The notes: a model not told the origin generated them from the sequence alone. A DNA stretch of 61,020 bases, filler included, from Syncephalis fuscata S228 (GCA_025786725.1; 3 parts of 3 records of this genome joined end to end with filler, not necessarily neighbours in it), one strand, 5' to 3'. Counted from the first letter of the whole stretch, positions 1 to 14,301 are shown. A program made the numbers and translations.

Positions 1-181
1 AATAAATTAATATATAATTTCACATTGCCTTTATCTCTGTAGTAAATTAAAAGTGTTATATATTATTTATAATAGCACATCTCTACAACTATATTTAATT
101 AACTTTTATTTTATTGTTTTGCTTAATAGTGTACAAACATAGCAGTCATTTATTGACTCTTTTAACAGTTTACATTTGACA

Positions 182-1565
182 TTAGAATCTTTTTACAAGC
201 GACAGCATCACTGTAATATCATCAGGTTTTCTAACAGAAATTAACACACGCACTTAATAGTAAATAATCGACTTACCCGCCCATCGGATAGCCTGCATCA
301 AAATCACGCGCTGCCTGTGCCCAAGGGGACAAACGGCGTGGATCCTGTGAAAAATTCCACGAAGTCTGTACTAGTCTCCAGGCCACGCGACACAGTGCAT
401 CCTCCAGCTCAGAATCCCATCGGCGTGATTCGGTCAGTATTAGTGGCTCGGTTTCTATTACCTGTATTACTTCATTCTCGTATATATTGTCCATAAAGCC
501 GTCAGAAGCCAATATAACCAAATCTCCATCCTGTAGCTGATGACTATCAGGAGCAGCATCTTTAGGTAGAATTGGGCCATTCTTAATCGCTAGTTCAGCC
601 ACATCTGCTTCATTTGGCTCGTCAGTAGATGGTGCCGCAATATTGTTTGCATTATTAAAAATCGTTTGCCTAATCGACAACTGATATGGATAGTTGAATC
701 GATGCTGTTGCACATCTGAACGATGGTGCAGCCTACTGTCACGAAACAAAGCATATCCACTATCGCCCAGTGTGGCCGAGTCCAATACACCAGTCTCTTG
801 ACATAAAGTCAGTAGACATGCCGTACTACTGCCTATTACACAGCCATCAATATTTCTAATTATCATAGCCGATTGTTCTACCAACCTGTAATGAGTGGTG
901 AACGAGCTAGCATTTTATCATATGCACCTTGAAGTATTTCACGTGCATCTACAACAGGTTCTTGGGCGCCGTATGCTGTTGGTTGATTTGCCGTATAACG
1001 TTGTCGTTGAAGCTCATGAAAACGGTCCGATGCCATTTCCATCATAAGCCACGAAAATTCAGCTGGATTCCCACCAAACTAACAAATTACTTGATTAATA
1101 AGCATCTATATCAATACATTAATTGTTGGTTACCTTGGCCGATTCCGATACACCATCGGCAATACCTAGCATATTGTCATGAACAAAATTCCGTTAGTAT
1201 ACCTACTAACTAACACTGGCTACTACCCAATAGACTGTCGCGGTTTACTTACCCATTGCAACAGAGCCATGGTCGGTGGCACAGAAGAATGCGTCTCCAC
1301 CTGCGTCTACACGACGACGGGCACGCGTTAAGCTTTGCAATGATGGCAATGTATAGCCAGTTACCGGCGGCTGTTCAGTAAACGTAGCATTACTACTGAC
1401 TACTTTTATTTGCGCGGTACTAGGAGCGTGTGGCGATGAGTCGGTCTGTATTTTTACAGCCATTGTAGGCTTTAATAGCGATGCATGTTTGGCTGCCAAC
1501 GTATACCAGCTGGACTTACCGCGCCAGGCTGCTGCTAACATGTAATGATAAGGCTTTGGACGCAT
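182..1565 (-). CDS. PP2C-family (PTC7-like) protein phosphatase, multi-exon; 5' end uncertain
   Basis: Spliced translation gives GGDAFF, GIADGV, GSSTAC, LGDSG, QQHRFNYPYQL, DGDLVILASDGFMDN and final GG|KPDDITVML (intron 231-276; stop at 182-184). Confidence 0.88.
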
Positions 1566-2188
1566 ACGATATACAGTACTATGTCCAATGACCGGTTGGC
1601 TAGTTAGTAAGAAAGAGGAAAGCGAGAGGATAGGAGTGAAACAAATAAGAAAAGGCGTGTTGCTGTATGGTTTCTAACAAAATGTATCTGCATTAAAAGT
1701 ATGGTTTTTATTCTGTCCCTACTTTTTGAAAATAAAAGATATGGTAGCAATAAATTTGAATGTAAAATAAAGTGTAGATTTTTTAAAAGGCCAAATAGTG
1801 TGTGCGCACAATTGTAATAAATTCAGGCTTGTATAAAGAAATAAATAACATACATTTTAACAAGTTGGTAGGTTGCCATTTTGCCTTTTGAATGTGTTGG
1901 TGTCACATTTTTACATGTATTGACTTGAAAGCATTATACAATGGTAGTTTTTAGATAGTAGTTCATTCAGAATACTCTTTTTGATAATGTTGTTACTGTT
2001 TTACTGATGACATGTTCTATAATTATATTGCTTTTGTGCTATTAATTTTTATTTTTTGTCTATTCCACCGCTTGAACAATTATTTCATTCGTATTTCAAT
2101 TTGTTTATAGTCTTTTTATATATAATGCCATTCAATTTATGATATGTATGTCATCCCATTTATTAATTAAATAAAGTAGTTCTTTTTA

Positions 2189-2914
2189 CATTATATGCTC
2201 ACCTAGCCTTCCTCTATCCAAAACTGCTTTTATTTTTGTTTTATCTTTATTAATAAATGTCGACTAATTCCGCTCATTGATCATGCATTACACTCAATAA
2301 CTTTGACATTGCCAATCTCGTTCAATATTGCATATTCATAATAATATTTATCATTTTATTATATATTGGCTATACGCTATCTATAGCCGTTGTCAGTATG
2401 GTTCCAAATTTTTTATTAATAAATTAACATATTGCACTTTGTTTGTTCGCTGAATTGTATTGATAGAACAAATAATATGAATATGAACGGAGTTATGTTT
2501 TATTAAGGTTATTAATAAACAAACTAGATCACATCAATTAGTTATGATTTTAATGTTAATCAATCAAAGTGACGGGTATATATGGTAATAACGCATACTG
2601 TAATGATATATGCATACTGAATAATAAATCAACAATGATGAGTATTTGATGATTGATGTCACTCACCAGCCACCATTATGTTCAATAGATTGGATGTTAT
2701 TTGATATTAGTCATTTAATCACAAAACCAATAGTATGATTAAGCAATTTGATCATTGAATAAAACTCACTATCTGTCGTATGTTTAATAGAACAAATATT
2801 TAGTTCAATTACACGAATATTGTTATGTTTATTCATTTGTTCCAAATCACATTAAATAGTTAATAAAATGTTATAAAATAGTTTATGACAACATACATAA
2901 AATATGTTAAGCAC
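2189..2914. repeat. Dispersed AT-rich repeat family A, copy 1
   Basis: 2189-2722 is nearly identical to 9138-9670 (direct); about 2600-2914 matches about 8637-8950 in inverted orientation. Confidence 0.9.
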
Positions 2915-5722
2915 ATATCATGTATGTCGTTTAATTTAATGAATAACATGGTCCACACACTTTTATATTACAACTAAAAGGAATATCACACAGCACACAT
3001 TTATTAGTATAAGTAATACAGCTAACTAAATAAATTACTGATATTACTGCTAATTGGATGATATATTTGTAGTTGTACTAACATGCTAGCTTATTATTCA
3101 AAAAGTGGCATTGTGACATTACATTGTCTACAGATGCTATAGAATATAACTAAAATAGCTTTATTGTATTAATAAAGATATGGACCATGGTGAAAAGAAA
3201 AGTTGTTTAAATTCCAGTTTACATATACATTTCCAGTATAAGTAAATATAGTCAAATAGTATCGAGTAAACGCATAATTTACGTTGGCTCAAGTTTCCAG
3301 TAGTGATCATATTAGATTGCTGAACAGTTAGTAATATGTTGATTCTCACGACCTGTGCATGCTAGTACAGTATGCATAAGCACAATTTTAGCAGACATTC
3401 ATCAATGTATGTTGTTCCGTATTAGCAAGTGTTTAGTAAAACACAATGGTATTTACCTTTATAATGGTCACTGCGTCGTCTTGATAAATTTAAATAAATA
3501 TCTATAGCATTCAACAGTACACATGCAATCATAGCAAAACAACTGCACCAAGAATGGCCTATTTGATGTATGTTGATGACCTAGACTCCCACCCATCAGC
3601 GTCGGTCTATACGGTCTTCAGCTATCATAATCATGATGTGCCGTGGTTGCTGTTTTACCATTGCTTATAACATAAGCAATATCAGAAACTATTCATCCAG
3701 GTGACATACATGACTAGATAAACAGAAACGAACAACCAATAACGCTGAACCCATACCCACGTCTAGGCCATCTACACACAAACAAGAAATCTAAAATGCA
3801 ATAACAGCAGTGCAATAGCACACTACTGCAATATTATACAGCCAACACAACCACATTGTCATTTTTACACAGCTGAAGATAACAACTTAGATGGCACAAG
3901 ACAGTATAGCACCTTAAACCAAAGTTGTGCCAGTAAAGGCGCTTTAACTGCTAGAACAACAATGCCATTATGACAACTGCTTAACATCACCCACAAGCAA
4001 GGGATAGTGATATGTATATACAAGCACCTGAGTGTCTATACAAGCACCACCATACAATAAACAAAGTGGTCTACAGCATAGACTAGGTTGTTTGATATTG
4101 TACCATCAATGGTCTCAAGTGTTCATAACGAGTGAGTACTCCTTCTAGACAGCTTAAAGTATGCCGAGCAGTTGCATATTGTATGGCTTCACAAGCAAGC
4201 AGTTTACAATGCGCCATATAAATATTTGAATAATACTTAGCATTCCAGTCTACGAATGTACAGAATGACGGAATGTGTTAGTAATTAGTTAAAGAATAGT
4301 GTAGAAATAGAAGGCGTAGTTGAGGTTATGGATTCAGTGAGTAATGCAAGCGCTTTATATAGGCCATTGTATGTATTAGTGTGAAAGCAGGCATTTAATA
4401 CCATCCAATGAATTGAATCCATCGGTCACAATGAGACAGACAAAAAAGCGGAATAAACCGGCTTAAAGAAGGGAATGCTGTGTGATATCGTGTAGCGTAC
4501 ATGGCTAACTCACTAAGAAAGCACGTCATTGCAAGACAGAGTGCCACTTTATCCAATTGAACCGTGCGATGGTTCGGCGAAACAAAAAATGTCCGAATGC
4601 GGATGTAGAGCTTACTGGAAAATTGCTCAGTGTGTGTGGACAGGCAATGCCGATACGAGTTGCCTATCATGGTAGTACAATCGCGGAACTAGCTGAATTA
4701 GGGTAGCTGCTTTTGAATCGGGGTAACACCTTTTTTTAATGAGCGTGCATATACTAGTGCCAGCAAATATACAAGCTAATTAGAAAGATTAGCACACTGT
4801 GTGTATTGTGTATTAGAATTTAAAACAATTATGCTATTTATAACATCATCAGTTGATGAATATGCATGATCAACTTAAAATTAATTAATACCTGACATAT
4901 TAACTGGTATTTAGTAGCCTTAAATAAAACCAAACACTTTATTTTTCATAAACCAAATTTCTGGGGTTTTTTCAAAGTTGCGTTCCCGAGTACGTGTAAC
5001 CGTCCATTTACGGACAGTTTCATCCAGCTGACAACTTTCTTTGTCAAAAAGCCGAACTGTTCAAATCGGAGTTTAAATTGCACTAATGTTGCAACATCGC
5101 CTATGTTCATAATCAATTTATCGTACACCATCAATAGTATATGTTTATATAACTTCATATAAGCATTCTGCCACATTGTGGCTACAAAATGAGACTAATA
5201 AACACTATTTAATATTCAAATGAGCTGTTGTCTCGTATTGCTTATATCTGCAACATTTTCATAAAATTGTTTGGTATTCAAACTCCGATACAAATAATTC
5301 ATTATTGGTGCGCAGATGATAGTTAGAATATTGAGACCGGAAGTGGGTAAATCGCGCTAGTGTATGTGCGCGCACTGTCCGTATCCTAATCGGTCGATGG
5401 CGTTATCGCGGACAAAATCGCAAGTTCAGCTATCAGTAGTTTGGTGGTGTATGTTTCACATACTAGCCAATTAAAATTTTTAAAATACATCAATGCCCTC
5501 AATCAGAGTTACGCAAATATGCTCTGAATTACATGCAGTATTTGCCAGTGTAGCGATATTATCAAAAGTAAAGTGTGTGCGTCAGTTGAAACCATATAAT
5601 ACTATATAAGCATTTTCATTTTTTGTAAAGACGCTGTACTTGCTTTTATCATATTATACTTACATTCTGTCTTTATCTTGCAGTATTTAAACAATTCTTG
5701 AATATCTAAACTTATATACATC

Positions 5723-8509
5723 ATGGACAGCCCAAACAATTCACTTAGCTGTAGCAATACTACTTTGTCTTTAAATGATTCCCCTCTCCTTTCATTACCA
5801 CCCTCTGTTTTACCACCTGTAGCTAAAACTGATACACGCTCCGCTACAAATGCTATTGCTTGTGAGCCATCTGTAGCCGCTCAAGCAACAGCAACAGCAC
5901 AACTGTCTACTCTTGCTTCATCATCTGTCGCGCCCAACAATTCAGTAGGAGATATTTACGAAAGACTCCCTACTGCATGGGCAGAAATGAGTGAAGCAGA
6001 GAAGGCAGAAACAGTAGGCTGGGTTGAAGTATTTAGTGTTGAAGGCATGGGTAAGTAAACACATTATTAATGAATAATTAAATTAACCATATATCTGAAG
6101 AGTTCCTGTTAAAACGGAACAAGCCGTTTACTCTTTCTCAAGACAAAAACAAGTAAGCTATACAGCGCATAATAATGGGCTTTCATTGCTATATTATGGT
6201 TCGCTATTGTATAGTAAATGTATACATATTAGGCTATTCTGGTTTGATTCGATATAGCACTAATAGACAACATTGTACAGCTTTTACTGATACAATAATT
6301 TATGTTATTTAGCACAGAAGAAGGTCAGGGTGCCAGCAAAACCGAATACTTTTGCATATTCATGGTAAGTAGCATATAACTTTGTGTTAAATAGTAATAA
6401 CAATTATAACACATATTTAGGAGGGAAATACCATGAGATTAAGAGTAAGTAATTGCTATGCTAATCAATATTAGTACTAAATATGCTATTAGAATTTGAT
6501 GGTCAACAACATCATTGGTAAATACAGTCATTAATAATTATACACAGCGCTGACTATGTATTTAGTGGATGGTAAAGAAATTCGACAAGGAGCTAAAACC
6601 ATTATAGAAAATAATAATTATATCCGGCTTGATGAAAATAATAGTAAGTTTTATTAATCTACAATAAGCAAGGCTAACCATTACTAATACTAGTACTTAT
6701 GGTATACAAAATCAATAAGCTGGAATTAAGAATTAGCGACAAGAGTTGTGATTTCGGCACAGTAAGCTAATAGTATTTAGCTATAATAATTTATGGCAAC
6801 TAATACAATGCTAGGTCGTCGACAGCAAATATGCTGTAACAGAGCAGTTGCTTGGCAGGTGGGTATTTGTCTAATTTAAACCATATTGTTTATAACTTAG
6901 TTTAGTGGCTCTTTTGGTGACGTCTATTATGGGGAAACACGTGGCAATAAGATGCCCATTGCCGTTAAGATCTGCGATAAGAAGAAAGTTATGAACGCAA
7001 TAGAAAATAACATTTTAAATGGTTTCAATGAAGAAAAGGATGTGATTACCACTGCACAAGGTCACTTGAACATAATCAAGCTAGTTGATGCATGTGATAC
7101 GGAAATGCACAACTACTTGATGTTTGAGTATGCAGCTGGTGGCGACCTGTTCGATTATTGCGTGCGCTATGGTCCGCTATCCGAACAGGAAGCCAAGCAT
7201 ATTTTCAAGCAAGTGCTTGAAGGAGTCAAGGTAAGCAACAACTATATTTACTGATTTGTTACTAACTCTAAACCAGCATTTGCATAGTAAAGGCATCGTA
7301 CATCGTGGTAAATTAAAGATGGTATTTATTTACATAACTAACAAAACTATTGTTGTTGCAATGGCCATCGCTTAGATTTGAAGGTAATTAGCTATGTTAA
7401 TATATATTAGTTTAATTCCAACCATGCACTAGCCAGAAAATGTCCTGGTTCGGCGTCCAGTCAAGTATCCGTCTATTTTAATTACGGATTTCGGCACAGC
7501 GCGTGAACTTAACGCAGAAGCGCCCATGCTTAATAATATGTGTGGTACCACTAGCTACATGGCACCGGATGTCATTCTTAGATCCAAGTTTGGAAATCAG
7601 CTGGTTAAAAATATAGAAAAGTATGATGCTGATCTGGCAACTATGTTGAATGGACAATTCCATGAGCAAGGCTATGGAAAAGAAGCCGACCAATGGAGTC
7701 TTGGTCTTATATTGCATTTTATGCTCACACGTAAGTATTTGCAGATTTGGTAGTTTTGTTAACTTACTGTTTGAATCTAGGCACTCTTCCATTTGAAATT
7801 AAAGTCAATAACACATGTTTGATCCATATCATCAATATATTCAGCAATCCACTAGATTCTGACGATAGCTGGAATGGCATATCAACTGAAGGTAAGTAGC
7901 TTTATTCTAAAGTTACAAAAGAAACTAATGCAATTTATAGCGCAAAACTTAATTAGTGGTCTTTTAGCTATCGACCGTAACTTGCGCCTAACAGCCGAGC
8001 AGGCTTTAGAAAGTGGCTGGTTTACTGAATCGTCAGAAGAATTCAGTGAGTCAGAAGTAACTCAAGACGTACAAGAAGAAGAAGAACAAAAAGAAGAAAT
8101 AAAAGCCAATAGTGCGACAGAAGACACTGTCACAAAGGTTGAGCAACAACAACAACAACAACAAGAAGAAGAAGAAAAAGAAGAAATAAAATTCGATAAT
8201 GCAACAGAAGATACAATCACAAAGGCTGAACAACAACAAGAAGAAGAAGAAATAAAAGCTGATAATACAACAGAAGATACAACCACGAAGGTTGAACAAC
8301 AAGAAGAGGTGGCTATAAAAGATGAAGCATTAGCCAAAGAAAAAGAAATATTAGCAAGCGATGCCGAAAAGAAAGTAAGCAAGGATTTAACTGCAACAAA
8401 CGCGGAAGATGAAGCAGCCCAAGATCATACTGTTATCCCTATGGATCAACATGGCGTTAAACGGTCCCACTCAACAAGTAGCGACCAACGTCCTTCCAAA
8501 AAAAATTAA
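5723..8509 (+). CDS. Ser/Thr protein kinase (CAMK group, Chk2/Rad53/Dun1-like layout) with probable degenerate FHA region and acidic repeat tail; many short exons
   Basis: LGSGSFGDV glycine loop (spliced), AVK, HLNII, EYAAGGDLFD, spliced HRDLKPEN, DFG, CGTTSYMAPD, DQWSLG, RLTAEQAL. The FHA assignment rests on position and the VDGKEIRQG-like segment only. Confidence 0.85.
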
Positions 8510-8636
8510 AAACTGTAAGTGTTTATTAACATGATCTGTTACACGTACTAATTCAACAATTGCTAGGCAATATTTTGTAAATAGCTTGTTCTACTCAGTA
8601 CTCATATGTTAAATAAATATTAAATTTCAATACAAC

Positions 8637-9700
8637 GTGATTAGCATATTTTATGTATGTTATCATAAACCTATTTTATACCATTTTATCAACTATATAA
8701 TGTAATTTGGGAACAAATGAATAAATATAACAGTATTCGTGTAATTGAACTAGATATTTGTTCCATTAAACATGGGACAGATGGTGAGTTTTATTCAATG
8801 ATCAAATTGCTTAATCATACTGTTTGTTTGGTGGTTAAATGACTAATATTTAATAACACTTAATCTATTGGACATGATGGTAGATGATGAATGACATCAA
8901 TAATCAAATATCCATCATCATAGATCCATTATTCAGTATTCATATATCCAGTATCCACCTATATCATTCCCATTATATCCTACACTACTATATATCATTA
9001 TTATATGCTATACTATACATATTTTATTGTTTATATACACCAACACACTTTACTCACTCCACTCATTACTTTATATGCGCTATAGCTTTGACATCATTCA
9101 TCATACACTTTCGCTGTATATTTATTATACTCTATATCATTATATGCTTGCCTAGCATTCCTCTATCCAAAACTGCTTTTATTTTTGTTTTATCTTTATT
9201 AATAAATGTCGACTAATTCTGCTCATTGATCATGCATTACACTCAATAACTTTGACATTGCCAATCTCGTTCAATATTGCATATTCATAATAATATTTAT
9301 CATTTTATTATATATTGGCTATACGCTATCTATAGCCGTTGTCAGTATGGTTCCAAATTTTTTATTAATAAATTAACATATTGCACTTTGTTTGTTCGCT
9401 GAATTGTATTGATAGAACAAATAATATGAATATGAACGGAGTTATGTTTTATTAAGGTTATTAATAAACAAACTAGATCACATCAATTAGTTATGATTTT
9501 AATGTTAATCAATCAAACTGACGGGTATATATGGTAATAACGCATACTGTAATGATATATGCATACTGAATAATAAATCAACAATGATGAGTATTTGATG
9601 ATTGATGTCACTCACCACCCATCATTATGTTCAATAGATTGGATGTTATTAAATGTAGTCATTTAATCACTAAATCATATTAAATGATTGATAAATTCAA
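8637..9700. mobile_element. Repeat family A, copy 2: non-autonomous foldback/MITE-like element with inverted arms
   Basis: About 8820-8950 is the reverse complement of about 9550-9680 (diverged); 9138-9670 duplicates 2189-2722; no coding capacity. Confidence 0.65.
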
Positions 9701-9849
9701 TTAGATTGTATAATAACGTTAAATGACACACAATATTTTATACGATGATGCAGTTTATTTAGCTTAATTATCAAGTACTAAAAGTTAAAAACTAAAAATA
9801 AAATGGTACATAGCATGTATATAATAGTGCAACAACAACAGCATGGGAT

Positions 9850-10070
9850 CGATCATATGGCTTCTATTAATATTCAATTAATCTTTCTACACATAACAAA
9901 CAACAACAATGATTACCCTTGAATGATTTAAAGAAATAAAATAGCATGTTACATTATTTTTTTTAAATAAATTTATTAACAGCATTTTAATAGAAAGTAA
10001 TATAGTTGTGCTGCATAAAACAGCGGCATGCCCCCAATTCGAACAAATTTACTTTAAGGACTAAAATAGA
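9850..10070. repeat. Dispersed repeat family B, copy 1
   Basis: Colinear match to about 51920-52140 (ggcttctattaa.attcaat.aatctttctacacat ... atttattaacag.attttaatagaaa ... gaacaaattt). Confidence 0.8.
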
Positions 10071-10227
10071 GAGCGCAAAGTGCAAACGTTGACCAAAAGC
10101 ATATAGAAACTAATATTTATTTAGTGTAAAATAGATTGTTTATTTGTAAAATAAAGCCAAAGATGAATTCAATATTGTTTATAATAAAACTATAGAACGC
10201 TAAATTTATTTGTAAATTATGAAAAGG

Positions 10228-13144
10228 CTACATTATTTGGTCCATAACAAGTGCCTGATTTGCCATTTCACCGTTGTAACCAGTCGTGTTACCGGTGGTA
10301 CGCTGTCGTGGCTGTGACTGACCACCGCCCGATGGCGACACACCGGCTTGGTTTCGTGGGAATGGTGCCCATGGCTGGTCAGTTGGTGGCGTGTGCGGTG
10401 GAATATATTCGACACGCTGTGGTGGCAAGAAGTAGCGCAGATCCAGATCGGTAATAATTTCCTTAAGTGCCATCATGAATTTGGTGCGGCGAGCCCAGCG
10501 ACGGCCACCATCCTGCCAGTTGCTTCGGTGTTCAATAAACATAGTAAGAGCAAGTCGATTGGTGTTATCGATACTATTGATGTTAATAGTAATCTTTGGA
10601 ACAAATTCACGAGCCATATGCGTTTCCAAGAACTCTTCAAGTCGGCGGGCAAGTTCGGTAATCTTCTCGTGTGGCGTGTAAAAGTCGACTTGAACCTCAA
10701 TCGTTTCACTCATATTTTGAGAGCGGCGAATGTTATGAATAAACTTGCTAGAGAGAATAATGTTGGGTGCGTATAGCAATTGTCCATCAGTACGGCAGAA
10801 CGTTGTTGTAAGTAGACCAACATTGGTCACGACCATTTGATTCGTGTCAACATATACAAGATCTCCAGTATCATATGGATGCTAAAAGCAAAATAATAAA
10901 TGTTAGTTAAATGTTAATTGATTAATTGGTTGCTACTTACTGTGACGAATACAAAAATGATTGAATCAAAGGTATTTTTAGCTGATTGACCAAAGATGAA
11001 TGAAAGTGCCACTAGCAATGAGCCAAACGGTAATACAGTAGTTGCTACGTTTTTGCCACTGACAATGTTTAGCACCATGAATACGTAGATAATAAGCGCA
11101 AGTACTAAAAGAATGTTATCGAGTTTACCGACACATTGTGACATGTCTCGCAGTGCTGAGGCCAAATCTTTGCGTTCCTTATAAACACGTAGCATTACAT
11201 CACGCATTTCACGTCGACTAACATCGCCATTGTTATCACGGTCGAAAATGGCAAATGCTTCTTCAGCTTCACGGTTAGTAGCAAAGCATTTGTAAAAGTC
11301 TTCGACAGTAAGTTCGCGGAAAGTGCCATCGGAAAGTGTTTCATAGAGCCAGCGGGCTTGTTTGCGAGCATGATGATTGGAGTTCATGTCAATGCGGTTT
11401 GTTTGCAGGTGAGGCTGATCGGCCATAGCAATGTACTGTAGTTTGCGATTAAGTGCACTAATCAGCTGTGGTGGTTGCATATTGGGCTTTGTTTTACGAG
11501 TAGATCCATTGATAGTGGCATCTGATGCTGTAGGCATTTCCGCAAGTGGTATAGGGGCGGCTTCATGTGTTTGAGGCTGGCTAAACTTTCTAATATGGCT
11601 GATTGGTGCAGTAAATCCTGCGACACCAGTACCAAACCATCCAGGTGTGCTCATGCCAGATGCAGTACCACCTCCCATATTGTTGTATTGAGTCTGTGAT
11701 CCACGGCGCATTCGACGGGCTGCACCACTCAATTTATCAAGAACTGCGTTATTAGATACAACAGTAATTAGTTTGTATTACCTTTTCACTTTTATTAATA
11801 TTTACCTTTAACTTCATTCTTGTTTTGACGAATACGGTCCCGATAGGCTGTACGGTGGAAACGAATGGCTATGTAAAGCTAATGGTTAGTTTGTATTAGA
11901 TAACAACCAAAATGTCTTACCAATGATCTGCAAAATCATCTTCTCTACTAAAAGTAGAATTGAACCAAAAAAGAGCGCCATGAAGATGCGGTACACTGTG
12001 ATGTAGTAGTCTGGCGTATGAAATGAGCGTTTGTTGTCAATATCATCTTGGGTCAAGTAAGGGGAAGATGGATATACGAGCTGTGTAAACGCAAATGAGC
12101 CCCATGCCCAAGAGCAGAACAAAAGAATTTTAATATAAAACTTGATAGCAATAAAATACTATATCAAGCAATAATTAATGATTAGTACATGTTGATAATG
12201 GAGTATATTGTTCTACTTACTTCGATACGCCACTTGGTCTTTTCGGTACAAACACCCCATATCATGTGGTTGATCTTGACGACAATACGTGGAATACGAT
12301 CAATGCTAAAGTGGTTGACCATCGAGATCATCCACATAAAGCCGATCCAGGTAAGCCAGTCGACTGCAACGTATTTCGTATATAAAATTGTACTTGATCG
12401 GTCTTGGTAACTGACATCGGCATATACGGCAATAAGGATGGCCGGGATAATGAATAAAACAGCACCAAGCGCGCCAACAATAAGATAGCGCATAAATGGC
12501 GACAAGCGATACCAGAAACTTATGCTGCTTAGTAAATCCTTTTTTTTGGATTTATTATGCGAAATGACTGAGTAGCTGTCGTCGTCTTCATCGTCTTCAT
12601 CATTGTCAAAGTTCTTGGAATCATCATCCTTTATGGCGGTTGCTTTACGGCTGCCACTATGCTTGAGGTGTTCACTGCGTATGCTAGGCCGGTGTGTCAC
12701 GCCGCTTTTGGTGGAGTGGTCACGAAGATTTTCACTGCTGTTATGGGCCCGGCCCGTTGTAACGGCATCTTCGTAATCAGAATCACCAGCATATGGATTT
12801 TTGTTATATCCATAATCTACATTTACGGCATACTGCTGTCCAAGATCAGTAGGCACTTCAGCCATCGAGTTGTTGTGATTTGAGGCGTGTGAACGATAAC
12901 TTGGATCCTTTGCAAGCTTGACACTGTTAAAGTAGTCCGTTTCATATTGGTCATTATTAAGGTAGCCATGCTTGATAACCTTACTATCCTCATAATAATT
13001 GCGCTTAATATCCTCGAGATCCATGTCGATGGCCGTTGCGTCCACTTTACGTGTTGATGGCTTTCTTTCAGTCGAAGAGCCATTGTGCTGTTCGGCATTG
13101 CTGTTCGACGCCAAATGATGTGCCGATGGCGATGGGTCGGCCAT
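10228..13144 (-). CDS. MscS-like mechanosensitive channel with EF-hand (fungal Msy1/Msy2 type), multi-exon
   Basis: N-terminal TM helices, EF-hand DRDNNGDVSRRE, LSFIFGQSAKNTFDSIIFVFVT|HPYDTGD, YAPN..L..KFIHNIRRS, HRSNWQD. Confidence 0.92.
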
Positions 13145-14301
13145 ACTGGACGTTTAGATAAACTTTAAAATGCAAAACTAATGTGATAATAAAGATTGGA
13201 ATAATTCAGCATAAATTGCTAAGCAAAATGCAATGTAGTCTACGGAGATGAAATAAAATGATTTAAAATCAAGGAACTTGTGCAATTAGACTTTCTTTGC
13301 CAGCTGGTGGATAATTTAGTGTGACCGATCTAGTTTCGGGTCAGTACATTGCCTGTGTGCAATGTATAACAAAGCTGTCTTTAATGCAACAATTTACTTG
13401 ATTGCCTATAGATTTGACTGTAATTGCTATTGCAGTTCAGCCAAAATACGCCAAATGAAAGAAAAACACTCGCAAGTAAAGAGTTAAAGGGTGGCAGTAT
13501 ATGAGTGGGCGAATAAAGAATACGCCCAGTATCAAGTCGTAATGCCAATAATAAATAGCTACGTGCGAATAGATAAACGTCGGAGTATAGGAGATAAAGA
13601 TAGCTGGTACCCATAGCGGCCATCTTTATATAGGCAAGCAGCTGGATACATCAAGCGATTGAAACAAGAAAAGCAAAAAAAGCGATGCATGGAAGCGGAG
13701 TGGCAATATGTGTGTGATACACAGCTATCTTTAATGGTCATAGGACAATTCAGCAGGCTAATTGCTTGCTGGTGCGCGACCGCTTCCTTAAACAGTACAA
13801 ACAGTGGCCTTGAACTATTTGTAAATTCAGCTGCGTAAATAGGACGTCACCTCGTGTAACTACACGCTACATCATCTATACATCATAGAGATAAGGTAGA
13901 TAGTGGTACTACATTAACAAAAATATGTTTTTATTAAACGAAATCAAAAGTAAAAATCACGTGGCTCAATAACATCGTGCCGAGATTAAGAAAGCAATCC
14001 GGCTACGTAAATTTAAATAGAAATCAGGATTACTAAAAAGGTGTTTTGAAAACAAATTACACACATGGCCAATAAATTATGGAATAATTATAACGTTTTA
14101 CTATAGTATACATGGTCGAAAGCATGGCTTTCGCACAAATTAAACAGGTTGGTATCGAGAACTGGGCACAAGACCGGTTGTATGGACTAAACGATCATTA
14201 CTAAACGCGCAATAGTAAAAAAGCAAGAATATTGAATGTATAGATTAATATAGCACTGAAGCAAGGTAAAGTAAATAATTCAATGCTTTATCTTTGTTTT
14301 T

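Noticed and set aside
8051-8382. Poly-Cys/Leu/Phe minus-strand ORFs
   Set aside because: Antisense of the CAA/GAA repeats in the kinase tail.
8884-9216. Hydrophobic 110-aa ORF
   Set aside because: Lies within repeat family A; composition is explained by AT-richness.
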